Shown: positions 1-12,500 of the stretch, piece after piece
Numbering within the stretch: the first letter of the stretch is position 1
Layout of the letters: each line of letters opens with the position of its first letter
Origin: Ophelia neglecta
Lineage: Eukaryota
Assembly: GCA_965285935.1 (NCBI GenBank)
Contig: OZ260664.1
Location: 52,142,001 to 52,206,000 of the forward strand
Reading direction: 5' to 3'
DNA length: 64,000 nucleotides
Notes under the pieces: generated by a model
Told to the model about the DNA's origin: nothing
Databases searched by the model: none
Seen by the model: only the letters and a program-made list of their open reading frames with translations
Program-made: the position numbers and the translations under genes

Positions 1-2914
1 ATAAGAGTGTGTTTAGCAAAGGAAATTAGGTCTTGAGGCCCACTATTATTAGGGTTGGATAGTGCATGCAGTGACACCTGGGGACATGCTGATCAAGTGC
101 TGACCAGTGGTTAATTATCCCAACTGGTCAACCCTCAGTGGCTTGAGAGTCTCAGGTAGAGAGGATATTACCATCAGCAGCCAGTCCCAAGGACTGGAGA
201 CAGGTGATATTATCAACCAGGCCTCTCAGCCATCAGGTCTTCTGCCTTTATAATAGTTTCTAACATGCCTAAAGTAGGTGAGGGTTGTTGGGTACATTGT
301 TTGAGTTTGAATTACACATAGTGGTATGGGCTTAAGCACAAGATTACCGCCAAGTACTAAAATAATGGAAGATGATGGTTCTTGAAGTTATTAAGCTTGA
401 TCATACAAGGCCTTGAAGGTATCCAGCAGTATGTTCAGAAGGCTGCTGGGCTATTACTTATGTAGATAACTTTACAGAAGCCATGTGGGGCCAGCATGTC
501 AAAGGGTATTTAACTTTAAACAGTGTCATTAAAGACCTCCCAGAATTGGTTTCATCTGCTTGGTTTGCATGAGTATTAATTCACTTACCCATCAGTATGC
601 AATGAACAGTTGTTTCCTTGTAGGTAGAGGATAGCGTTTTGGATACTGCAGGGCATTTTCTTTTGCCTTTGTGTGTACAATACACTCTGTCACTGTTCAC
701 TTGAAGATCTACAATCATGAGTCTTGTCACCACCTTCTGCACTTTGTGAAACAGGTCAAATTTGCTGTTGGGACTCGAAGGGACTGGAGAAAAGTGGGGG
801 ACTTAATACTAGGTTTGTTTGACATATGTTAGAATTGTTTAGGTGTTTTTGGGTTGGTTTTCTCCATTGCAAGAACCCCCGCCGCTCCTTCCGTTTACAA
901 ACTTGTCTCTGCATGGAAACACTCCATCACTCATAAACTCTGAACCATAGAAACTTGACATCTCTGATTTCATACACTTAATATATTACATGCTACGCCA
1001 CTATATATTCATAATTTCATTGGCGGCTACAAAGAGAGACTGCTTCAAACTTGATAATGTGTGATGCAGATCACTTTCATGTATTGTGCTAAAAAGACTT
1101 GATGTCAAGCGTATAACATTGCAATATGAAATTTGTTAATATTGGTGACATACAGCATTGCATTGCTAAGATGCGTCGGAATGGTGGGTAGATAGTCTTA
1201 GAATTATCGGGATGCAACACTACTTCACTGGTAGACTTGAGATAGCTTTTCTGAAGTACAGAACATAACAGAGATCATGCAAATAAAACATGCAGGTAAA
1301 ATTGGATAAATGATGGACTAATAATGTTAGATCTTGTCATAATCTGCAGTCAAATCACCAAGAACCTCATCTATCAGGAAGCCTTGATAGCAGGTTTTAA
1401 TTCAATTTCCTTCGTTATCTTCTATGATAACGGCTTGGTTTGAAGCCAGAGTGACTCTACTGTTTGTTTATGATGAACAAAGTGATATGATAATTTATAA
1501 TATTGTGTTTTTGTGGGTTTTTTACATCTGTAAGTTTATGTGGGCTAAAATAATATGCATGAACTGAACACAGGTGTGCAGAAAGACAAGGTAATAAAAA
1601 CAGAGAGTTTTGGGAGAGCTTCATTCATGTCTTAAGATGTACAGATAGGGGATGTTTTATCATGGCTGTATGATTAATTTGACTAGTTATCAGGTAGTGA
1701 AGGTGTGGTGAATGAAGATCTGAAAGAAGGCATACTATTGTTAAGGTTTATGTTTTAATTATTGCCTTCTTATCTAAACACTTTTAAAGGAAAACAGGCA
1801 GGTGTTATGAATTATTGTCTTGGAAGTTCTTGTTTCCTGAAAAGGCATCAACTTTGTTCACAACCTTATCAAATTAGATGTTCTGTCCCACTTTTAAGAT
1901 GGAGATGAGCAAAAAAAACTAGATTCATGGCAGTGCTAATGATTTATTTTTGTTTACAATCATATTTTTGCATTCACATATCTGGTTGAATGTTTCAAGG
2001 GTGAATGAGAAAGACATGAATTGCAAACGTGCACATAGACAAATGATGTTAGTTTTTAAAACTTATTTTCTGCACACATGCCAAGGTCAGTGTTGGGTCA
2101 GATTTTATTGTGGCTGAAAACTGGAATGACATTGTCTGTGAATGTGAGCGTGAAAATGTAAAATTTAAATGTAGAGATTGATCTGCCAAATGTTAGACTG
2201 CCAGAGGGGATGATGATCAGTGGGTCTAGACTTTCCCTTTGTTGTCCTTGTGTGGCAAGACAATCGAGTTTTGCACCCACACCCATTGCCTTGTGTGACA
2301 GGAAAATTGAGTTTTGCACCCAATCCCCACCAGCCTCATGTTGTTCCCAATCAAGACCTTAACTACATGTCCTAAATTAATCTCTGCAGGACTATTTGCT
2401 CTCATAATATCATAATTTTTAAACAATAGGCCATAAATCATTGACATTAGGGAGTGGGAGCTACAGTACCATGACAAATGTGTGGACTGGTGGGTTGTTA
2501 TGGAATATAACAGAGCCCTCGGCCCATTGGCTTCAGGCTCTCATGTCTGCTGGTGTGCTCCCTTGATATTTTTATTCACTGAAGAACAATCTCCTGGTAA
2601 TATTTCAGCCACTGACTGACTGTTTTCTCTAATATGATTCATACCAAATAAATTATCCATACCACTGGCTGCTCTCCTGATTAGGTGAATCATAGAGAAA
2701 GGTACACCTGAATTGTAGGGATGTACTATTTCAGTATAATATTTCAGTAGATGAGCACATATTTCAGTTTATGAATGGTAGTTAGGAGCCTAGTGCAAAA
2801 TGAATTTCTTTATGTTGTAACAGTTAAGTTATATTTTATCACGATGTAACACACACAAGGTAATGAGGTGGATTTGAAATTCTATTAATTGTAGGCTGGA
2901 CTTTTTGTATACTA

Positions 2915-3124
2915 CTGTAGGAAGTAGAAATTTTTGCATGAAAAAATATTTGTGATTGTGCATCAGTTCACAATTTACGTGAATTAAATTTTGTTGTTAG
3001 AGTGGTCTAAATATAATTGGAGCATTTGTGGATTAATTTTTGGTTTAATTATTTATTTTTGGCAAATTTAAAATAGCAAAATTAGCTCTAATTAAATTCA
3101 ATACATACATTTCCACTTCTCCAG
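2915..3124. mobile_element. Older MITE with similar TA|CTG ends
   Basis: Left TA|CTGTAGGAAGTAGAAAT versus reverse-complemented right end TA|CTGGAGAAGTGGAAAT. Confidence 0.6.
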
Positions 3125-4894
3125 TATACAACTCAAATTGCCTCCTACTTAATATATCATTCAAGCCACATGGTGTCTACACATTTAAGGGATGTTGGTG
3201 ATGAAAACCATTGCTGAACCTAAGTCATGGATTTATTGTCCTTATTTGATAAGCTCTGGGAAAGTAAAATGAAAGGTACCAGACAAAGTAAGCCATTATA
3301 ACCTAGCCCCAGGCTTGATGTATGGGACAACTGATAGGAGCCTACACTGCCACAGCAGCTTTTAACTGCAAGTGTGGAATGGTGTCAGAAGTATACATAA
3401 ATATATATATATAAATATATATATATAAATATATACAAGGCCAAATTAAACTTGTCACAGATGTGATTACTAGTACATTTCATGCCATTGCTGCCCATCG
3501 TTTCACACCTATACTTCTCTCCTCAACTGTCATTTTATATAATTAAGAAAATCATTGACTTATATTAAACAGAGCTTTAATATTTATCTTCATTTGCTTC
3601 ATGGTCGTTAATCTTGTTTACCAAGAAGGGTGCCTCCTTATTTAATTTTTTTTTGTTCACACAGTTACTTGTTTAATTGGTGATTATCCATGTATATATA
3701 GTTGTTTTTAGTAAAATATCATGATTGGGGACTTTCAGGGTGGAGACTTATGAAGTGTTCCATTTTCTTGCTGTCATACCTAATCTAGTCATCAGAGAAA
3801 AAGCAGACAATATATTGCTAGATGGTGTGTATTAATCCAGTGTTTTTAAGCTGCATATTTTTAATGAGTCAATGAAATAGCAGTCTGGTAAGCCTTAAAG
3901 TCGTTCCTAATTAACTTAGACACATCATAATGAGAGATATCGTCAACCAGATAAATTAACAGTAAAAGCTTAACATTCCTGGTGTGGGTGAAGGCGTTGG
4001 TGAAGTCGTTATCTTGTTCTTTGGTAACAGGAGTTGATTGGGAGTTGGTTTCTTGTCAGGGCGTTCCATTGCTACTACAGAGATTGCTGATATTAATTAA
4101 TAAATAACGAAGGTGTAGGGACTTGGGGGGGGGGGGGTAGGGGGAGTTTTGCGGGGAAGCCAGTGGTCTTTGGTTTCTACCAGTCTCTCCTCACTCGTCA
4201 TATGACTTCATATGACTTGCGTTTTACTGAGAGGCTCATGTTTTGATCTACGGTAATTATTGTTTCCCTGTGACTACAATGAGGGAGAGATAAAGGTGGA
4301 AACTTGACAACCTAATTTGGAGGAAGTGTCTGATTTGTGCTACAAGGGCAAGGGGGCAAGTGTAAACCTATTTTTTCCTCCTTTGGGGTTGGTTGAAAAC
4401 TGTTCTTGTGCTCCATATATTGAAGCAAATGTTCATGTTCCATTTCTGTTGGGAGGAAAAGTCAAGATAAGAAAAGCTGGATGTGGAACAAAACAGACCA
4501 CACTATTCTTTTAATTACAGTATATAATTACCATTTTTAACGAGAACCTTTCATTTTTCTATTCTCCCTGTCGAATTTTTATGATTAGAAATTTAGCAAA
4601 ACACATTTGTAACATTTTTAGTGATAGCTTAATTGCTATGCCAGGGTTCAAATTTTCAGTTTATGCATGCTAGCTGTTTCCAGTTTTAATACTTCAACTT
4701 ATGAAATTAACATTAAATCAAAGATACAGTCACATAGATTTATGCTGGCATTGACTTGTTTTACTTAAGGAAGTCAAAACTTTTTTGGGGTATTAAATTA
4801 ACAAGTTGGTTTTTTTGTAAGGCAATGGTTGTCCAATCCCTGGCATTGTAATTCCTTGGACAATGAGCAGCACAATGGATCTGCTAAATGCATG

Positions 4895-5125
4895 ACATAA
4901 CAACTGTATTTATTATTATCATACCAGGTTATTTTTACATGAATTAACATCTCTATTTATTATTATAATGCCAGTTCATTTAACATGAGAAAATAGCTGC
5001 ATTTATTGTAAATATACCTGTTAATTTTACATTAGAAAACAGCTCTGTTTATTAGTATGATGCAAGTTCATTTAACGAGAGAAAACAGCTCTATTTATTA
5101 TTATGATGCCAGTTCATTTTATACA
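4895..5125. repeat. Degenerate ~46-bp AT-rich tandem repeat, ~5 copies
   Basis: Recurring aacagctctatttattattatgatgccagttcatttaacatga. Confidence 0.75.
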
Positions 5126-6421
5126 ATCAAATTATTATAAATATCAAAATTTGCTAAGTCTGAGGGTAGGAAAGACAAATAGTGTTCTTGTAATTAGGAG
5201 ATTGAAGTCTCTTGACTAAGTCTTGGCTGCCCTTTGGTAGGTACATTTTGGCTGATTAGAATGGTTAAGGCCAGTTATTGTCCTGCTTAAGGATACCCTC
5301 TCCTCCCCCCCCCCCCCATCTGTTTTTCTCTGTGTCTGGTTCCTCCCATTTGCCCCAGGTCCTGTCTTTACCTACATCTGAATAGTGCCACCTGCTTTCA
5401 CCTGGCCTTAAATCTTCTTCCCTGCAGACCTACAGATCCGTTCAAGTCATTCATGGCGAAGCTTATTAATTAACAAAGCACTACTCATTAAGTTAGTTAC
5501 ATAGCTATACATATTGTTAGATTAATATTTGATTTTTTGCATCTACACTTATTTAGTACATTTCACAACTACTTGTACCATATTAATTGCAAGAATATGG
5601 TTTTTATTAAACGTGCTGTGTTAAGGAGATTTGATTTTGATTGAGCCTTTGTTTTTAGGTTACCTGATTAGAATAAACCAGCATTAATGTGACCTCATTC
5701 TCACAGTAGGAGAGGATGGTTCAATGTCATATCTGATTACTGAGAACAATGTTACCAGGTTAATTGTTAATATAATCTCTACTTATCATTATTAAAAAGA
5801 TAACCTATTAACCAAAATGGGTTATTTTCCATCAAAAAGTCTGACATTTAACATTTGATCAGCCATCTTGACAAACATGTTTTCATAGAAATGATTATCA
5901 AGTTGGGAATGTATGTTTTGAGGGTCTATTTAGCTAGGTAGCGTTTGAGAAGTAAAGATAAGACACTTGCATATCTCCTTGAAAACCAATTGGACATAGT
6001 ATCACCCGGCTAAATCACAGCGTATCTGCATGAATTTCATTTGAACTGTGAGAAATATTTATACATTGTATTTTTATGTAAACTATAAAAAGGTTGAGGA
6101 CAGTGAATTGTATTGATCATAACAGGAGTCAGTGTCAAGCATGTACATGTATACGTGCATATAGGAGGCTAGTGTTTTATCTAACCAATTGTATTAATAC
6201 AAAAGGTATATATTTATAATGATAGGACAAGTGTCTGCACTCCGATCAGTCATAATACCTGTGTACATGTAGCTGTACAATCTGATTTACCTACTGCTCT
6301 TTGGTCTGTATGTAATCCTTTTACTTATTAATTAATTAATGGTTCGACAATTTTTTTGGTTATTTCACTTACTTTAGACTATTTTATTTCCAGGATTATC
6401 GGATGACATGTAGAGTTGACA

Positions 6422-6524
6422 ATGGAGATATCAATAAGGTCCTGGGATATTTATAGCAGAGTGCCAAGTATTTTATGGATTACCATTTGGATGTTATTAC
6501 CTGCTCTGATCTCTGCAAACTCTG
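6422..6524 (+). CDS. ihog: ihog-like coding exon 1: start codon and signal peptide
   Basis: MEISIRSWDIYSRVPSILWITIWMLLPALISANS, hydrophobic core then small residues; donor G|GTAAGT in phase 1, matching exon 2. An acceptor (ttttatttccag, ends 6393) precedes it, so non-coding exon(s) lie further upstream. Confidence 0.75.
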
Positions 6525-9500
6525 GTAAGTCACAAGTCTTTAGCTGCTGGCAATTTTAATGACTTCAAATGTAATGTTTTAAGATATATCCTACCTACTT
6601 GCATTTATGTTCCGGACAGTGTATGATCATCACATAACGATTTCTTTTGTTATTTAGTTGCTTAAAATACATTTTAATTAATGGATTTTATTTGCTTTGA
6701 GCATCATTTGAACCATATTCAGGTGTTTTAGTTACTATTCCCTAGACCTCAGTAATGTTGTTAACTGCAAATATACTTAGTATTATTTGTGTGGCAGTTA
6801 TAGTGTTCAGTGCCTGAAAGGAATCTGTGAGTCTCATTTTAAAAGTCCCTGGGTGACAGGTTATTTGTTTTCTGTTCAGATGTGATTTCACTGTGAGATT
6901 GAGTTTGGTCCTGGAGATTTAATTCAAGATATGACTCACTCAATTCCCGGTGTCTAAAACACCACTAAGTTCCAATTTTCGCAGTCTGGCATATGCTGGC
7001 CCTGTGGCCACATAACTCTGCACATTCTGAACCATTGTGCCAATTGTCTTTTGTTGTCTGCTGCCATTCATCAAAGTCAACCTAATCTATTGGAGAATAA
7101 AATTGACACTGTGAAAATAATAATTTGCTGCCAATTTGTGAGTGTGAGATGAATGAAGGCAGTGAATTTTTAATGTGCCTCAGTTGCTGAGAGACACATT
7201 TGTATTAGCACAGGATGGTGACAGCATCATTTTATTGCCCTTTGTGCCGTTCAGCTTGTGGAAAAATCACCAGTTTTTCGTTTGCAGAATTCCTAAAGAC
7301 CAGAATAATTCCTTTTATTCTGAGTCCCTTAAATGACAAAACAGTGATGATTGAGTGGTCCTTTGACATTGAACTAGACTCCTTATTGTACGAGCTGCAA
7401 TGTGCACATGCTTTCCACAAATTTATTTTGTAAGAATCCATAGAAATGGCTTGGCATGTGTGCGCATATTTCTGTGAACTCTTTTAATGGTAACAATTTA
7501 TGTTGTGTTCAAATTCCATTTTTCAGGTGGAATTCTTTTGGGTCTTATTAGATACTGTCATTCCATTAATAGGTGTAAATGATCACAGTTTGAGGTGTGG
7601 GGCACAAGTGCTCCTAATATGGTCAGTAGTGGTTCACTTGAGAATGTGAATCATGGGAAGGCCCTGGACAAAGATCATATCTAATGGCACCCCAGGGACT
7701 CTTGAATGGATCAGAGAAAGAGAGACCAGACAGCTACATGAAAAATAGCCTCTTTTTTGGCCAAATTTTATGGTGTGTTTCATTTAATTAATGGTAGAGG
7801 GAAATATAGAGTTTTAAGTGATGGTGACATTCTTTTGTGGTATTTGTCACATTTTGAACTGTACAGGTATGGGCTAAATGAGGAAAAATGTCTGGAACGT
7901 TTCCAGGATTTAGGGCGTCATCCTGACATCATCCTGACATCATCCTGACATTATCCTCGTATATTGTGCGATGAATGGTGATGGAAGTGTATGATGTTTT
8001 TAAATCTGCAAAAATTTATTTTATATATTTGGTGCATAAGTTGTATTTAGTCTTTCTGCCCTGCAGAACATTGGGGAAATGCTAGTTTACGCTGATACAT
8101 TTGTATTTATAATACTTTTCCATAATTTTCCTTTGTCACAGAATAATAAATATCCTGTGGTTTGGTACTTGCACCATGGGGTTATTGAGTGCATATTGAG
8201 TACAGTTTTTCTGGTACCTACTGGCCAGCTCCACCTGTACTTCATCTACCATAAATATGAAATTGATGTAAGTGTTCAAGGTTGCAGGTGACAATATGTC
8301 CCCCGCCCCTCCCCGCGCCTCCCGCTGCTCCCCGTCAAAGTGGGACATCTTTTTAAGTCACACTCCATCAGTCCAAAGTAAAATTTTGCTAACTCATACG
8401 CTGACTGGAATTGATGAGTAGCATTATATTAAAACCATAACAGTGGGAAAGAAGAGTGAGAGTAGGTAACCTTAATGATTAGTTTACTCAGAATAGTGTG
8501 CTATAAAACATCAGGCTAGCCTTAGATCTGATGTTGTTTACGGAGGTGTGGTTACATACAGGATAGGGGGATAGGAACTATGACGGATGCCTGTCTTATA
8601 GCAATTGTCTCTCCAGTACAACAAAAGAATTAATCCTGGTGTAGCCTGTATCTTGTCCATCTTGTCTATCTTGATGCAGGCAGGACGCTGCCTGGATAGG
8701 GGGCATCGGGATGCCAGTCTGTCTTGTATAGTTGGTGCAGGGAGGATGGTGCCTGATTAGGGGGCAGGGGGTACAGTTGTATGTGTATGTACATCCTGTA
8801 GAGATACCACACTGTCTGGTCACTACATGCTGGTCCTGTACGGTCAGCTATTTCTCTGGTATAAGTCTGGTCACTACATGCTGACCCTGTCTGGTCAGCT
8901 ATTTCTCTGGTATAAGTCTGGTCACTACATGCTGACCCTGTCTGGTCAGCTATTTCTCTGGTATAAGTCTGGTCACTACATGCTGGTCCTGTACGGTCAG
9001 CTATTTCTCTGGTATAAGTCTGGTCACTACATGCTGACCCTGTCTGGTCAGGTGTATCTCTGGTATAAGTCTGGTCACTACATGCTGACCCTGTCTGGTC
9101 AGCTATTTCTCTGGTATAAGTCTGGTCACTACATGCTGACCCTGTCTGGTCAGGTGTATCTCTGGTATAAGTCTGGTCACTACATGCTGACCCTGTCTGG
9201 TCAGCTATTTCTCTGGTATAAGTCTGGTCACTACATGCTGACCCTGTCTGGTCAGGTGTATCTCTGGTATAAGTCTGGTCACTACATGCCAACTCTGTCT
9301 GGTCAGGTGTATCTCTGGTATAAGTCTGGTCATTACATGCTGACCCTGTCTGGTCAGCTATTTCTCTGGTATAAGTCTGGTCACTACATGCTGACCCTGT
9401 CTGGTCAGGTGTATCTCTGGTATAAGTCTGGTCACTACATGCCAACTCTGTTTGGTCAGGTGTATCTCTGGTATAAGTCTGGTCATTACATGCCAACTCT

Positions 9501-12500
9501 GTCTGGTCAGCTATTTCTCTGGTATAAGTCTGGTCACTACATGCTGACCCTGTCTGGTCAGCTGTGTCTCTGGTATAAGTCTGGTCACTACATGCTGACC
9601 CTGTCTGGTCAGCTATTTCTCTGGTATAAGTCTGGTCACTACATGCTGACCCTGTCTGGTCAGGTGTATCTCTGGTACAAGTCTGGTCACTACATGCTGA
9701 CCCTGTCTGGTCAGCTGTGTCTCTGGTACAAGTCTGGTCACTACATGCTGACCCTGTCTGGTCAGGTGTATCTCTGGTATAAGTCTGGTCACTACATGCT
9801 GACCCTGTCTGGTCAGCTGTGTCTCTGGTATAAGTCTGGTCACTACATGCTGACCCTGTCTGGTCAGCTTTTTCTCTGGTATAAGTCTGGTCACTACATG
9901 CTGACCCTGTCTGGTCAGGTGTATCTCTGGTACAAGTCTGGTCACTACATGCTGACCCTGTCTGGTCAGGTGTATCTCTGGTACAAGTCTGGTCACTACA
10001 TGCTGACCCTGTCTGGTCAGGTGTATCTCTGGTACAAGTCTGGTCTCTACATGCTGACCCTGTCTGGTCAGGTGTATCTCTGGTATAAGTCTGGTCACTA
10101 CATGCTGACCCTGTCTGGTCAGGTGTTTCTCTGGTACAAGTCTGGTCACTACATGCTGACCCTGTCTGGTCAGCTGTGTCTCTGGTATAAGTCTGGTCAC
10201 TACATGCTGACCCTGTCTGGTCAGCTGTGTCTCTGGTATAAGTCTGGTCACTACATGCCAACTCTGTCTGGTCAGTTGTATCTCTGGTATAAGTCTGGTC
10301 ACTACATGCTGACCCTGTCTGGTCAGCTATTTCTCTGGTATAAGTCTGGTCACTACATGCTGACCCTGTCTGGTCAGCTGTGTCTCTGGTATAAGTCTGG
10401 TCACTACATGCTGACCCTGTCTGGTCAGCTGTGTCTCTGGTATAAGTCTGGTCACTACATGCCAACTCTGTCTGGTCAGTTGTATCTCTGGTATAAGTCT
10501 GGTCACTACATGCTGACCCTGTCTGGTCAGCTATTTCTCTGGTATAAGTCTGGTCACTACATGCTGACCCTGTCTGGTCAGCTGTGTCTCTGGTATAAGT
10601 CTGGTCACTACATGCTGACACTGTCTGGTCAGCTATTTCTCTGGTATAAGTCTGGTCACTACATGCTGACCCTGTCTGGTCAGGTGTATCTCTGGTATAA
10701 GTCTGGTCACTACATGCCAACTCTGTTTGGTCAGTTGTATCTCTGGTATAAGTCTGGTCACTACATGCTGACCCTGTCTGGTCAGCTATTTCTCTGGTAT
10801 AAGTCTGGTCACTACATGCTGACCCTGTCTGGTCAGCTGTGTCTCTGGTCTAAGTCTGGTCACTATATGCTGACACTGTCTGGTCAGTTGTGTCTCTGGT
10901 ATAAGTCTGGTCATTACATGCTGACCCTGTCTGGTCAGCTATTTCTCTGGTATAAGTCTGGTCACTACATGCTGACCCTGTCTGGTCAGCTGTGTCTCTG
11001 GTATAAGTTTGGTCATTACATGCTGACTCTGTCTGGTCAGCTATTTCTCTGGTATAAGTCTGGTCACTACATGCTGACCCTGTCTGGTCAGCTGTGTCTC
11101 TGGTGAAAGTCTGGTCTCTACATGCTGACCCTGTCTGGTCGGGTGTCTGCGTCACTGGTACATGTAATTCTGGTCACTACATGCTGACCCTGTCTGGTCA
11201 GCTGTGTCTCTGGTATAAGTCTGGTCACTACATGCTGAACCTGTCTGGTCAGCTATGTCTCTGGTATATGATATATGTGGAAAACCACTACATCAAAACT
11301 ACTAGTCTTCAGGAACATGTGTTATAAGGTCTGTAATAGTGAAAAGAAGTTATATTACTTTTTTTAAAAAGAAAACCAGTGTGTTCTTATGATATTTTAA
11401 TTTAATGAGATCAAGGCCGGGATTCTCAGCTAGGTTGTTGTATGTTGATGCTGATAGGGAAGTTATTACCCTGGCTATGTCAGCTGTGTATCTTGTAATG
11501 GCGCCGGCTATTGGCCTATCTGAGCTACTCAACATTCCTACCAGATTACAGCTCTCCTAATGATTGGACTTTACTATACAATAATCATCTCAATGTGTCA
11601 GAAGTATGTCTAGAGAGCATTAATATCTAATAAACTGCCAGTGATTATATCATAATTTGGTCATTGAGTTTGGGAAACTCATCCCTGTTCATTAATTTGA
11701 TACCTACAGTATATGTGCTGGTCTGGATCAACATTTTGTGGTATTGCTTCTTTCGCAAGTGATGAAGGAAAAGTACTCAGCTGTGATGAGCAATGTGACC
11801 AGTATGGTAGCTAGGATATGTGACTGAGGGTGACCAGTAGCCAATAGTCCAAACTCTTCAATTTATACAATAAACATAATCTACAGTACATTCTGTACAG
11901 CTGTAGGAGTTATGTACACCGTAATTCTGTGTGTGCCCCTGGCCCTGTTTCCATTTAGGAGCAGACTGTTTCCCCAAGGGGTGAAACTCACTTCCACTAC
12001 CACAATGATATAAACATGTGGTCTGCTAAATAAACTTGTAGTACAGCCATCTTTATAAATCACTATTATCTAGCAAACACTAGCAAAGGGCACTCGTAAA
12101 GGCGGTGTGCAGAGAAAACTTTCAATAATAAATATATTCTTTAAACCTGGCAATGTTAGTAAATGATGCTGTTTATTGAAACAAATTATTAAAGATGTAT
12201 TTTTTATTTTGAATTTTGATTGGCCCCATTCTCTTTTGAATAATGTCACCTGTCCTTTCCTTTCCAAATGTGCAACCATTTTTTTTGATAACTTAATGTC
12301 TATTAAAATTCGTCATAAATCAGCCGGTATCAAGTGCCACAGCCTCTTACTAATATGTTCACAGGTTTTGTGAGGTTGCCATTTGATAGGCTGTGATGTG
12401 ATACAATGGTGTACAGTATCCACTGAGCTCAGATACATGTGTGCTAGTAAGTATGGTACTCCACCTATCTTTACCTGGATGCACAATGTTTAAGTCTCTA

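Noticed and set aside
1-6393. Separate genes or RNA genes in the first 6.4 kb and after 62 kb
   Set aside because: Only short, domain-less ORFs; no tRNA, rRNA or snRNA pattern recognised by eye. A covariance-model search (Infernal/Rfam) would be needed to exclude small RNAs.
8827-11106. 759-aa plus-strand ORF as a protein-coding gene
   Set aside because: Pure translation of a 51-bp tandem unit (a multiple of 3 with no stop in that frame); intronic, no unique domain, implausible W/Y/L periodic composition.
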